From contig NC_043000.1 in the NCBI RefSeq assembly GCF_006345805.1, positions 138,942,001 to 139,006,000 on the forward strand: a DNA stretch of 64,000 bases, read 5' to 3'. This DNA is from Octopus sinensis (Eukaryota). The notes under the pieces are model-generated. The model did not search any database. It saw only the letters and a list, made by a program, of their open reading frames with translations, and was not told where the DNA came from. Positions 1 through 12,115 of this stretch are shown here, in pieces (position 1 is the stretch's first letter; each line of letters opens with the position of its first letter). A program made the position numbers and the translations under genes.

Positions 1-1202
1 ATAAACCTGTTGAGTTTCTAGAGGGATACATATTTGATGGAAATGATTCTATAAATACTTAAGATGCAGACACAGGGATAGAATGAAATAAATCAGGTGA
101 AATGATTGAGTTTTTGTTGAAGAAACATACAATCAGTAGGTTTTGTAAAGCAAAATCTATTCTAATAGTAACAGAGAAAGCAGAGAAAACACAGTTTGAC
201 ATTGAATAAGTGGTTTGACTGTATTTGTGAGTCACAGTTTATGTATCAAAAGAAATGCGAGCCTTTTGAATCTCTTGTAAAATTCTTTGTGTCTCACTGC
301 TTTGTTGATGACTTATGGAACTTGAAGATTTGATGTTTGCTAATGTACAGTTTGCCTGGAGTCATGCTATTGTCAGATCAATGTAAAGATCCATAAGAGT
401 TAAAAATAAATTGCATGGAATTAAATTGTATTTAACACTGAATCATGGAGAAAATAAATTAAGCACTACAAGCAGAAAACAAAAAAGAAAATTCAAAATA
501 AATCTCAAAGCAATTACTTACAAATATTGATACATAATTAAGCAGAAATCTGAAAATAATTGGTTTTCAAATGTCATAAAAGAACACTAATTCTTAATAT
601 ACATCATAAATTGCTGCCATGATTTGCTCAAAAATCCAATAATAACTATTAAAAACATACAAACAAAAAACAAAAAAAATGGAAATCAAATCAAATATAA
701 AAGAATGAAATTCATAGCTAAAAAAATGCAAAAACAAAGAAATCTCTTCTGAATTTCTACAGCTTTTCATGGTTCAAAAACTATTCATTTCATTTCCTCT
801 GCAATTTTTATTTTGTTTTATAATATGATATTTCCCTTTATCATAAACCAATTCTGATCAGTACATTGCACAATTAGTTAATTATCAATGAAATCAAATT
901 ACACAAAATAGAGTGATGCTTATTGAATTACAAACCGGAGAATCTTCCACTGTTTTAACTGGAGAGCTTCTTTTTAGTTTGGAGGACCGGAGCTTTTCTG
1001 AGTTTCTACAAACCGATTTTGAAAAGCTTTTTTTGCATAAACAACTAGTCAAAATCAATATGGACATCTATGTATTTTGGAATGTGTGTGTGTAAACATG
1101 GATGAGTGGGTATATGTGCATGAAGCAATGAGTGTAGAAATGCAAGGAATATATATGAATTTTTGTATGTGAATGTGAATTTGTATCTTTTGTCTTTTAA
1201 AT

Positions 1203-1570
1203 CATACTTGTTTCAGACATTAGATTTTGGCCATGCTGGAACATCACATGAAAAGATTTGGTCAAATAAATCGATGCTGGTGTTTATTTCAAGTCTGGTA
1301 CCTTATTCTATCATTGTCTTTTGCTGAACCACCAAGTTGCAGGAATATGGTATGCAAATACTTGCTGGTTGTTAACCAATGTTTGGGGACAAACACAAAG
1401 ACACACACATATGTACAATGGGTCTCCACATAGTTTCTGCTTACCATGTTCACTCACAAAGCCTTAGTCAACCTGAAGCTTTAGTAGAAGACACCTGCCC
1501 AAGATGCCATGCAGTGGGACTGAACCTGGAACCATGTGATTGCAAAGTGAGCTTATTAACCACATCACCA
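1203..1570 (-). mobile_element. tRNA-derived SINE family A, diverged copy
   Basis: Matches the family seen intact at 38114-38532 (GGCCATGCTGGA...GGGACTGAACC motifs on +). Confidence 0.75.
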
Positions 1571-2297
1571 ATCTATCATCATTTTACAACCATCTTTTAA
1601 TATCCTAGTTTGATTGAGATGAGTTTTCTTTTGTACAGCATCTTATCAGTTCTTATGATACTTTGCAATCTCTTTTGTAAGCTTCATAAGTCTGAGATCA
1701 TATTTCATCACTTCTCCCTAGCTCTTCCTTCTTTGCTATCTTCTAATTTATTTACACATTATTAACTATCACCATCCCCATATGCTTCATATGTCTATTC
1801 TAGCTCAGTTTTCTCTCTTTTCACCTAACATTTCTTTACTTTACCCAGTTTTTCTCTCAGCTAATTCTACATCATTATTAATGCACAATAACATAACCAT
1901 CCAGTTGAGATAGCTCGCCTGAATAATTTCACTCATTCACACATCCTCTGCATGCATTCAGTTCCCATATTTTGCTGCCATGCTACATTTTCTTCTATAC
2001 TCAAGCATTAAGCAATCAGCTCTTCACTTGCATAGAGAGTTCCTCTGCTGCCAACAGAAATCATAGCCTTCTTAACTTTTCCAGCCATTACTGTCACTAA
2101 CTACAATGCTCTCTTGAAACACACTTCTCCACTGCTAATTAGATCATCTAATTAGCAGGAACTGTCAAAAACTTCTAGTGAACTCACTAGAGAATTCATT
2201 GAGAGAACTTACATGTGATACCCTGTATGTATATATAAGTATATATCTGTTATTGTCTCCTTGCTTTGACTTCAAGAGATATTTGTAAATAAATACC

Positions 2298-2530
2298 TAT
2301 TTCTTTACTACCCACAAGGGGCCAAACACAGAGGGGACAAACAAGGACAGACACATGGATTAAGTCGATTACATCGACCCCAGTGCGTAACTGGTACTTA
2401 ATTTATCGACCCCGAAAGGATGAAAGGCAAAGTCGACCTCAGCGGAATTTGAACTCAGAACGTAACGGCTGACGAAATACCAGCAAGCATTTCGCCCGGC
2501 GTGCTAACGTTTCTGCCAGCTCACTCGCCT
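2298..2530 (-). mobile_element. tRNA-derived SINE family B
   Basis: Reverse complement of GGCGAGCTGGCAGAAACGTTAG...GAGTTCAAATTCC...AAAGAAATAG. 18-bp TSD TATTTGTAAATAAATACC at 2280-2297 and 2531-2532+2972-2987. Confidence 0.85.
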
Positions 2531-2532
2531 TA

Positions 2533-2971
2533 TCTCTCTCTATATAAACGGCAGTTTGTCTGTCTGTGTGTCTGTGTGTCTGTCAGGTTGTACCCTCACC
2601 CTGACCACGGCTTTCAACTGATTCTGATGAAACTTGACACACACATAGCCCAATGTCATAATTCAAAACTAACGCAGTGAAAATTTTGAAAAGTTCCCCC
2701 AGTTCTGAAAAAATCGATAAATTCGACATGGGGTCGAGAATCTAAGCTTTTTAAATGCAACACATTTTCTGTCTAGGGGACACAACTCGACCTTTTTATC
2801 ACCCAAAGGGACAGCTAGGAACATCGTATACACAGAAGCATTTGAGTGAAGAGAAGACATTGCAACCTACACATGCGCCTTCGTTCCCTAGAGGGAAAGG
2901 ACTAGATTGGGATTAGTCGTTGCCTACTAGGGGCTCTTACATACCCGGGCAACGCCGGGCTATGCTGCTAG
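2533..2971 (+). mobile_element. Non-autonomous Helitron (about 440 bp)
   Basis: 5' TC after A; 3' hairpin CCCGGGCAACGCCGGG then CTAG before T. The first ~200 bp are nearly identical to the 5' end of the RepHel element at 58962. Confidence 0.9.
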
Positions 2972-3889
2972 TTTGTAAATAAATACCACCATCGTGCAAG
3001 CAGTGTCCTTCGTTTTGAATTTTACATGGAAACATGTCTGGTCATGAGGAAATATTACTTAATTGGTATCAGGTGAGGGTTAGCAACAGAAAAGTAGAAT
3101 AGTTCTACAGATCTCAAAATATAGTAAAATGACCGGTCAGAAAATGTTTTAAATTAAAAGTACACTATACCCTTTGCAATGATATTTCTCTTCACTCCTT
3201 TCCATTTATTGCTACAGGTATCATCAATAGAATAACAGCAATATCACAAACATTGTTTTGTAGAAACGTTCCGATAACAATGATGTCAAAGAGAATAAAG
3301 GCCTTCTCTTGAAATGAATAATTTGTGATATATGGAATGGATAAATACAGCTCAGTCAATCAGGTATGGATGAGCTGATAAACTATATTATTTATTTCTT
3401 CCTTTAAAATAAAGGCACATGCTTCCACAAGGCTATCATCGTTTGATATTGTCTCTAAATCAATTTTGCTGCAATGATTAGATCATGATCTGCATCACTA
3501 ATTAGGAAACCGCATGCAACAGGCAGGCTTTGTAGTGATACATTATTTTCAAACATTTCAGCAACAACAATAACAATGACAACAAAAATAACGGAGAGAT
3601 GAGTATCCCAAGTTTGATGCAGTAAAATCCAGATCCGGAGGTTTTTATATCTATGGTGTAATTCACTTTTATTTATGATAAAAGCCATATTACATTTCTG
3701 TATTTCTACAACACTGCTATCATCCAACATATATATATATACCATGACTTAAAATTGTAATTTTTGATTGCTGGTTCAAAACCCAAATAATGAACCATCA
3801 GTTGTTTGTCTCCACTCTCTCAAATATAACATGAATACACACATGAATGTGTGTCTGTGTGTGTATGGATTTGTGTGAAGATAATAATG

Positions 3890-3948
<59 letters not shown>

Positions 3949-4040
3949 ATAATGATAATAATAATAAATAAATAATAATGATAATAATAAATAATAATGA
4001 TGATGATAATAATAATAATCATAATAATAATAATAATAAA

Positions 4041-4596
4041 TGCCCTGATGCAGTAGCAGATAGTGGCTCTCCTGGCTTCTGATCTTAACTGATTGGAAGT
4101 GTTATCATGTACATTGTATTGTCTTGGTATAAAAAATGGGCTACAGCAAATATTCTGCTCAATACCACAGATTTGTTTGTCAGTTGTTTGACCTTAACTA
4201 GTTGAGCATGTCCCTTAGAGGCTGACGATATGTGCATCTCTGATCATGAGCAGAAGTAGTGGGGGAGCATTATAGCTATGTGTTGAAAGAAATTCTTAGA
4301 AGTTAGGATAATTCACCTTTGGAAACATGGGTGTTTTGTTCAACATCCTTAAATAATCCTTATTCAAGTATCTTTTGAGTGGGATAGGCTACTCGACAAG
4401 AAGAAAATTCTATTTGGGCCCCACCTGCAAAGTCATGCGCTGTTTATCTTGATATGAGATCACCATGTCATGCACAAATGGTTGTGATGCATGTGTCTGG
4501 TGTACCCTTATCAGACGGGTAGTCATGATGGGTATACTGGGCTTCGTATATTTTACCCCAGTGTCACTTTGATGGTATGAACTGCTCTCTCACTCA
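4041..4596. repeat. About 555-bp (AAT)n-associated interspersed repeat, full copy
   Basis: Starts TGCCCTGATGCAG, ends CTCTCTCACTC, flanked by (AAT)n. Further copies at 4680-4820, 7267-7805 and 15250-15322. Confidence 0.8.
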
Positions 4597-5193
4597 ATAA
4601 TATAAATATTAATAATAATAATAAGAATAATAAGAAGAAGAGGAAGAAGAAGAAGTAGAAAGAGGAGGAGAAGGAGAAGTGCCCTGATGCAATACCAGGC
4701 AGTGGGTCTCAAGGCTTTTGATCTTAACTCGTTGGGAGTGTTAGCATGTACATGTTTTAGTGTAAAAGATGAGCAGCTACAAATATTCTGCTCAATATCA
4801 CGGATTTGCTTGCCAGTCGCAATAGACAATTGAGGGAATTATAAAACTAAAGCCATCCCTATTAGAAGAGGAATATTCCAAGGAAACTTGATCCTTCCAT
4901 TCCTTTTCAGTTTGGTATGGAACTAATGTCTCTAACGAACATGCTAAACAGAAGTGATGTGAATATAACTGCTATGGTAAAAACCTTCGTTATCTCTTTT
5001 ATATGGATGATCTCAAGCTGTACTGCTTCAAATGATAAACAACTGAAAATACTGCTACAGATAGTGCATGGATTTACCAAAGAAAAAAGTTTGAAACCAG
5101 AACATTGAAATGAGGAAAGCTAGTAAGCTAGTTAAGAATAACAATATCACACTTGATAAAGAAAATGAAATAAGAAAACAGGACTAAACGTAG

Positions 5194-5241
<48 letters not shown>

Positions 5242-5244
5242 CAT

Positions 5245-5622
5245 GGCACTTCGTTGGTTATGACGATGAGGGTTCCAGTTGATCTAATCAACAAAACAGC
5301 CAGCTCAGGAAGTTAACCTGCAAGTGGCTGAGCACTCCACAGACGTGTGTACCCTTAACATAGTTCTCGGGGTAGATCCAGTGTGACACAGAGTGTGACT
5401 AGGCTGGCCCTTTGAAATATGGGTACAAGTGAAACAGGAAGAAAGAGTGAGAGAAAGTTGTGACGAAAGAGTACAGCAGGGTTCGTCACTGCCCCCTGCC
5501 AGAGTCTCGTGGACCTTTAGGTGTTTTTGCTCAATAAACATTCACAACCCATGGCCTGGGAATCAAAATCGTGATCCTATGACCGCAAGTCTGCAGCCCT
5601 AACCACTGGGCCATTGCACATC

Positions 5623-5625
<3 letters not shown>
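5245..5625 (-). mobile_element. tRNA-derived SINE (body X plus tail 1)
   Basis: A-box TGGCCCAGTGG on -. Body shared with 49857-50140; tail shared with 56728-57045. Confidence 0.75.
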
Positions 5626-5685
<60 letters not shown>

Positions 5686-5776
5686 AGAGAGCTAGTAGAA
5701 ACACTTCTTCATTCACATTCAAACACACTTTCTAATCTGTCACTGGGCTGACAGTGACAAATTATGTATACATATG

Positions 5777-5816
<40 letters not shown>

Positions 5817-5817
<1 letters not shown>

Positions 5818-6030
5818 GCAAAGAGAAGGAGAAAGAGCAGTTAAAGTCAAACACCAATGTGTTGAATGGCGACTGTTTTTTAAAATAAAAATAAAATAAA
5901 ACAGACTTTTCTCGTTGGTATGAAAATGATGTAAGGCCATTTGTTTTTATTTTATTTTCGTTTTAAAAAACAATGGCCATTCAATACGTTGGAGTTTAGC
6001 TTTAACTGCTCTTTCTCCCTCCCTTTGACT
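5817..6030. repeat. Foldback (inverted-repeat) element in (TA)n
   Basis: Arms at about 5817-5903 and 5942-6030 are reverse complements (GAGAAAGAGCAGTTAAAG / CTTTAACTGCTCTTTCTC). Confidence 0.75.
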
Positions 6031-7266
6031 ATATATATATACATATATACTTATGTATGTATATACATATAAATACTTATGAATCAATGAACTAGATATG
6101 ATACAAGAGACATAAATGAAAAAATGAAAGAATATTACAGATAAATTAGATTAATACTTAAAATAGAGCCCAAGGTGAAAAATAAGATAATAGCTGTCAA
6201 CATTCTAGCTGTATCATTTATAAGTTACTGTTACAGTATTTTTAATGGGACACTAAATGAACTAACCAAACTAAACAAGAAAACAAGAAAACTAATGATG
6301 GAATTTAGAATACACCGCCCAAAATCTGACATAGAAATGTTATGTATATAACAAATTGAAAGTGGTAGAGGCCTCATACAGCTAAAAGACTATTATAAAA
6401 TATCTGCCGTAAGAGTACAGAACTATTTACGTCAGAACCAAAGAAAACTGACACATATAACCACAAAGTATGAGCAAGACTAAAAAACAGTTTTCTGTCA
6501 AAGGAAAACAAAAAAAATACAAGGAAAGGATCATAATACCTGACAAATACGAAGAAAAAGAAGAAACATCAAAAGCTATAAATTTCACTAAAATCTGAGT
6601 TAAAGCGGATAGGAAATAGAAAAAATAAAATCTCAACATTGCTTGAAAAGTTCAGGTCTCAAAGTAGAGAAGAAGACATTTAAATTGCAACGTAATTAAA
6701 TCACCAAAAACACATGATGTAGGGAAAATATACAATAAATAATTGCAGAATATGTGGTGGTGGGGAAGAAACAATGAATCATATTGGTTGTCCATTCCCA
6801 GTCAAGAAGTAATATATCCACAAACATGATAGAGTTGGGAGTTTTATGCACTGTAAATTGTCCCAACACTAGGGGATGACACCGGGAAAGAGATGGTATA
6901 AGCATACCCCAGAAAAGATTGTAGACAATTACAAAGCAATGCAAATATACAAAAACCAGAGAAATCAAGGCCAAAATGCCAGATATTGTTGTTAGGGACA
7001 CCATATAAAAACATGCTTTCTAATTGATATATTAGCTCCAACAGATAACAATCTATCTCTAAAAGAGATTGAGAAGCTCTTGAAATATGAAGATCTAGAA
7101 ATAGAAACAATCCAAATGTGGAGCTTAAAAATAGAAATAATCCCTATAATAAAAGGTGCATTAGGCATGTTTAAAAGACATGCAGACAAATATATAACCA
7201 AAACATCAGGACTTACTGATATACATAACATAGAGACAAGAGCATTGCTAAGCACAGTACACATCT

Positions 7267-7805
7267 TCAGGCAGTGGCTCTCATGGCTTCTGATCTTAAC
7301 TGATTGGAAATGTTATCATGTGCATTGTTTTGTCTTGGTATAAAAGATGGGCTACAGCAAATATTCTGCTCAATACCACAGATTTGTTTGTCAGTTGTTT
7401 GACTTTAACCAGTTGAGCATGTCTCTTAGTGGTTGATGATATGTGCATCTCTGATCATGAGCAGAAATAGTGGGTAACATCATAGCCATGTGTTGAAAGG
7501 AATTCTTTAGGGTTTGGATAATTCACCTTTGGAAACATGAATGTTTCGTTCAACATCCTTAAAAAACCCTTATTCAGGGACCTTTTGAGTGGGATGGGCT
7601 ACTCATCCTGAAGAAAATTCTAACTGGGCCTCAACTGCAAGGTCATATGTTGTTTATCTTGATTTGAGATCACCATGTCGCACACATATGTTCGTGATGC
7701 ATGTGCCTGGTGTACCCTTATCGGACGAGTAGTCATGATGGGTATGCTGGGCTTCGTATATTTTACCCCAGTGTCACTTTGATGACATGCACTGCTCTCT
7801 CACTC
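7267..7805. repeat. Second near-full copy of the 555-bp (AAT)n-associated repeat
   Basis: Colinear with 4057-4596; fused directly to the end of the REL-coding region. Confidence 0.8.
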
Positions 7806-7922
7806 AATAATAATAATAATAATAATAATAATGATGATGTTGATAATAATAATAATAATAACAACAACAACAACACCGAAAAATACCTTAGGAATGAGAA
7901 CCCAGGTTCAAAATTTCCCCAA

Positions 7923-7968
7923 GACACCTAATGAATGCTGAAAGGTATATCAGCCGAAACGCTGTGTT
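7923..7968 (+). ncRNA. Decayed minimal type-I hammerhead ribozyme in a 170-bp unit (7876-8047)
   Basis: GACAC-CTAATGA-atgctg..cagcc-GAAA-cg-ct-GTGTT. The sister copy at 28937 (-) retains CTGATGA. Confidence 0.6.
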
Positions 7969-8045
7969 AACAAGAAACAAAATGAGGACAAATATCCATC
8001 AAATGTAAATAATGTACATAATTCCTCATCACTTAAATATAGAAC

Positions 8046-8097
<52 letters not shown>

Positions 8098-8115
8098 TAA
8101 TAATAATAATAATAA

Positions 8116-8460
8116 CAATGCCTGATAATCAACATAGCATGTCCCGGTGACAACAAGATTAAAGAGAAAGAAGAAAACTGAACAGCTATGATGATTTGAA
8201 GTGGGAAATACGAAGGTTGTTTTTAATGAGGTGAGTAAACATGGTACCAATAGTAATTGGTGCATTTGGATGTATCAACACTTAACTATCAATATGGCTC
8301 AAAAAGGATGGTACAATTGTAACAGTAGAACACCAAGAAAAATCATCATTTCTTAGAACTGCAAGACTTTTCAGGGTTCTTAAGGTATGTTCAATAAACA
8401 AGTGTCACCTTAGTCTGCTGGATGTGGACAGCTGACATTTTCCATCATGAGTTTTCATCA
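8116..8460 (+). mobile_element. 3' fragment of an R4/Dong-type LINE (end of REL domain)
   Basis: CLIINIACPGDNKIKEKEE...YDDLKWEIRRL...VPIVIGAFG; ends in (AAT)n. Confidence 0.7.
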
Positions 8461-8544
8461 AATAATAATAATAATGATGATGATGATAATAATAATAATA
8501 ATAATAATATAATAATAATAATAATATAATAATAATATCTTAAA

Positions 8545-9900
8545 AAGGATTGACTTAACCCTTCACAAAGGTAAAGAGTCAAGACGATGAGCGTGGTTCG
8601 TTTGTTGGTTGAACGATACTTCAACAGTAAGTCTGTCTTTGACAAGTTCAAAATAACAAGTGTTAAAAATTCAAAGTTATAGAAATTTAAATGTAAACGA
8701 GAGCAACCAGCGTCCACGCGATGATGGAATGACATCATCAGTTTTTAAGTTACAATTTTATAACAAACGAAAAGAAAAAGACAGAAAAAAAAACAGAAAA
8801 AAGAAGACGACAGAAAAAAGGAGAGATAAAGAGAGAAAGAATATTTAATCAAACAGTTTTATATAAATTTGATGATATTCTCCTGTCATCTTATTCATTC
8901 CTCCAGGGCATAATGTTAATAACCCGCAAGAATATTTCTCCTCATACATTCTGAGAAGTGAAAGTGAAGCAGATTCAGAATATTTTCTGAGAATATGCAC
9001 TTTCAAGTCTTCTTCAAAATTGCAGCCGCCTGAAACGAAATGTTTAGAAAGTTCTGTCGACCTGCTGTTATTGTGCCGGACGTTCATTCTGTGCCCATTA
9101 ACCTTTTGTTTAATTGTTTTGTTGTACAACCAACATAAATTAATTTGTGTTTTGTGCATTCTGCAGCGTACACCAAATGGGTATCTTTACATGTTCCGCC
9201 TTCTGTATAAATCTTTACAGAAATATTATGATTTCTGATGGAATTCACTTCATTCATGTTGTTGCACAATGAACAGGGCTTGCAGCTGTTCTTTAAGGTA
9301 CAGCGTGCAGATACTCCAATGTCTGTTTTCTTGGAGTCAGATATAGAGGTCAATAATTCTCTTATATTCTTATTCCGTCTAAAGGCTACAATAGGCGGCT
9401 GAGGAAATATCCGTTTGAAACGAGGATATTTTTTCGCCACATGCTGGTAACTTTTATACAACACTTTTGAAATGCCAGCGAAATATCGGTGCCAGCTAAT
9501 CACTAAAGGAATTCTGTCATCTATTGTATTGTGTTTGCTAAAATTATGCGTGTAGGTTTGACTATCTTTGCTAGTCTTAGCTATTTCATTTGCTATTTCC
9601 TTTAATTGTGATTCACTGTAACTACGTTTGACGTAATGACATACAAAAGCATTTGCATGTTTCCAGTAATCCCCTATGTCAGTACAAATCCGTTTTATCC
9701 TCAAAAATTGGGATTTCGAATTTGAGAGAATAAGATGATGTGGATGATTGGAGTGGCGTTGGAGATAAATGTGGGATGACGTGGACTTGCAAAGTAACTC
9801 TGTCTCTATTTTGCCTCCAGAAAACTTGACTTTTGTGTCTAAAAATTCAACGCTAGTTTTGAAAAACTTGACGTAAATTTTATGTTGGACTTAAAGCTAT
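8545..9900 (-). mobile_element. Penelope-like element, 5'-truncated (RT thumb plus GIY-YIG endonuclease)
   Basis: FLDTKV...YLQRHSNHP...SQFLRIKRIC (PLE RT C-terminus), PPIVAFRRNKNIRELL, CxxC, LVYAAECTKHKLIYVGCT...RVNGHR (ORFs 9084-9704 and 8845-9159). Confidence 0.9.
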
Positions 9901-9968
9901 AGTTTCTAGCATAACAGTCACAGAAATGCAAGAAGTCCATTAAACTATCCTGTGATCCTTCCCAGATC

Positions 9969-11020
9969 CTTCAAACAGATATTTCCTCAGCCGCCTATTG
10001 TAGCCTTTAGACGGAGTAAGAATATAAGAGAATTATTGACCTCTATATCTGACTCCAAGAAAACAGACATTGGAGTATCTGCACGCTGTACCTTAAAGAA
10101 CAGCCGCAAGAGGAGTAAGCCCTGTTCATTGTGCAACAACATGAGTGAAGTGAATTCCATCAGAAATCATAACGTTTCTGTAAAGATTTATACATGTAAA
10201 GATACGCATTTGGTGTACGCTGCAGAATGCACAAAACACAAATTAATTTATGTTGGTTGTACAACAGAACAATTAAACAAAAGGGTTAATGGGCACAGAA
10301 TGAACGTCCGGCACAATAACAGTAGTTCGACAGAACTTTCTGAACATTTCGTTTCAAGCGGCTGCAACAACATGAATGAAGTGAATTCCATCAGAAATCA
10401 TAACATTTCTGTTATGATTTATACAGAAGGTGGAAGATGTAAAGGCACCCATTTGGTGTACGCTGCAGAATGCATGAAACAAAACTTAAATTATATTGGT
10501 TGTACAAAGTTTAATGAACACATTCGATGTTAGGCACAATAACAGTAGTTCAACAGAACTTTCTGAACATTTCGTCTCAAGCGGCTGCAGTTTTGAAGAA
10601 GACTTGAAAGTGTATATTCTCAGAAAATATTCTGAATCTGCTTCACTTTCACTTCTCAGAATGTATGAGGAGAAATATTCTTGCGGGTTTTTAACATTAT
10701 GCCCTGGAGGAATGAATAAGATGACAGGAGAATATCATCAAACTTATATAAAACTGTTTGATTAAATATTCTTTCTCTCTTTATGTCTCCTTTTTTCTAT
10801 CGTCTTTTTTTTCTGTTTTTTTCTTTTCGTTTGTTATAAAATTGTTACTTAAAAACTGATGATATCATTTCATCAACATGTGGACGCTGGTTACCCTCGT
10901 TCGTACTTTATGTTTGAATTTATATAATTTTGAAATTTTATTACTTGTTATTTTGAACTTGACAAAGACAGATTTACTTTTGAAATATCGTCCAACCAAT
11001 AAAATATCTTACAATCGAAA
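9969..11020 (+). mobile_element. Inverted second arm of the same Penelope-like element (GIY-YIG region, internally duplicated)
   Basis: ORFs 9952-10533 and 10496-10765 are near-identical to the minus-strand arm, and the 3' UTR is shared. Confidence 0.9.
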
Positions 11021-11031
11021 CACTAATAATG

Positions 11032-11088
<57 letters not shown>

Positions 11089-11242
11089 TATTCTACTATA
11101 GGCACAAGGCCTGAATTTTTTGGGGGAGGGGCCAGTCAATTACATGAACCCCAGTACGCAACAAGTACTTGATTTATCGACCCTGAAAGTATGAAACGCA
11201 CACTCTCCCAGTATGCTAATGATTCTGCCTGCTTGCTGCCTT
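11089..11242 (-). mobile_element. SINE family B-related, diverged and internally deleted
   Basis: Contains the GATTTATCGACCC and GATTCTGCC motifs. Confidence 0.6.
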
Positions 11243-11827
11243 AACAACAACAACAACAACAACAATAATGATAATAATAATAATAATAATAATAATAGGT
11301 CCGACAAACATTACATGAATGATACATATTAAGGTCCAACAGCCTCTAGAGATTAGACTACTTGCACAAGTGCTTTATTTTCAGAGGCAAAGACTTGTGC
11401 AGCATTAGCTACATATTCTGGAAATGCTGATAACAGAAATTTGGTGAAAATGTATACCACCAGCTCAATGACCATCATAACCCAGGCTTTCCTATTAGAG
11501 TTCTCTATCTTCTAGGTTAGTTGCTTTATACATGGCTTAGAGCCTAAGTTATCCTGGTAGATTAAATACACACCTCAGGACCAAACCAGTAATTTATAAG
11601 TCTTCGAATATACATATATATACATATATATTATAAAAATTTGATGGTCATTGTTGCTTTTGTGTTAAGTTACCCTATGACAGTTTTTTTTATATTGTAG
11701 GTTGCTCAAAAGTCACCTTACTCACCAAATAGGCTTCGACATATTACTGGTATTGGTTGCTGAAAGCCTGACAATGTACCTGATTGTAAAAGGTTATATA
11801 TTACCAGAATCCTTTAAAAGTGACCTG

Positions 11828-11872
<45 letters not shown>

Positions 11873-11895
11873 TGTGTCTGTGTGTACATGTGTAA

Positions 11896-12115
11896 CCTTT
11901 CATTATTGTATTTATGTTGAGAAGCTCTGTGTTTCTTTCAATTATTTTAAATATAACAAAGAATTTAGTAAAAGAACTTAGTTATCATTAAGCTAGTGTT
12001 AAGAACATAAATGGTGACTAAGGTTTGGTGGAAGATTTTAATTAAAAACTTATGAAAACAAGACATTTGTACTACAGAGCCAGAGCTGGTTTCAGCCGGG
12101 TTGGTAACGAAAGGG
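11896..12115. mobile_element. piggyBac-type MITE
   Basis: Ends AAAGGG-TTAA; colinear with 46897-47118. Confidence 0.7.

Larger units (their letters stand above)
4830..7266 (+). mobile_element. Degenerate R4/Dong-type non-LTR retrotransposon (RT plus REL endonuclease), interrupted at about 5190-6080
   Basis: IPIRRGIFQG at about 4855; YMDDLKLY at 5000; HDRVG, PDIVVRD...FLIDI and KYEDLEIE...IIPIIKGALG (REL domain) at 6820-7180. Multiple stops and frameshifts. Confidence 0.8.

Noticed and set aside
2623-2636. CTGATGAAAC in the Helitron 5' region (also at about 59053) as a hammerhead
   Set aside because: There is no stem II between the boxes; it is part of the Helitron subterminal motif.
3218-3363. 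Possible + strand exon (pyrimidine tract-CAG ... CAG|GTATGG)
   Set aside because: Stops in all three frames and no homology; at best a UTR exon, which cannot be supported without RNA data.
10855-10900. CTGATGA in the 3' UTR of the GIY-YIG Penelope element (also at about 8734 on -)
   Set aside because: No correctly placed GAAA or closing stems were found in either arm.
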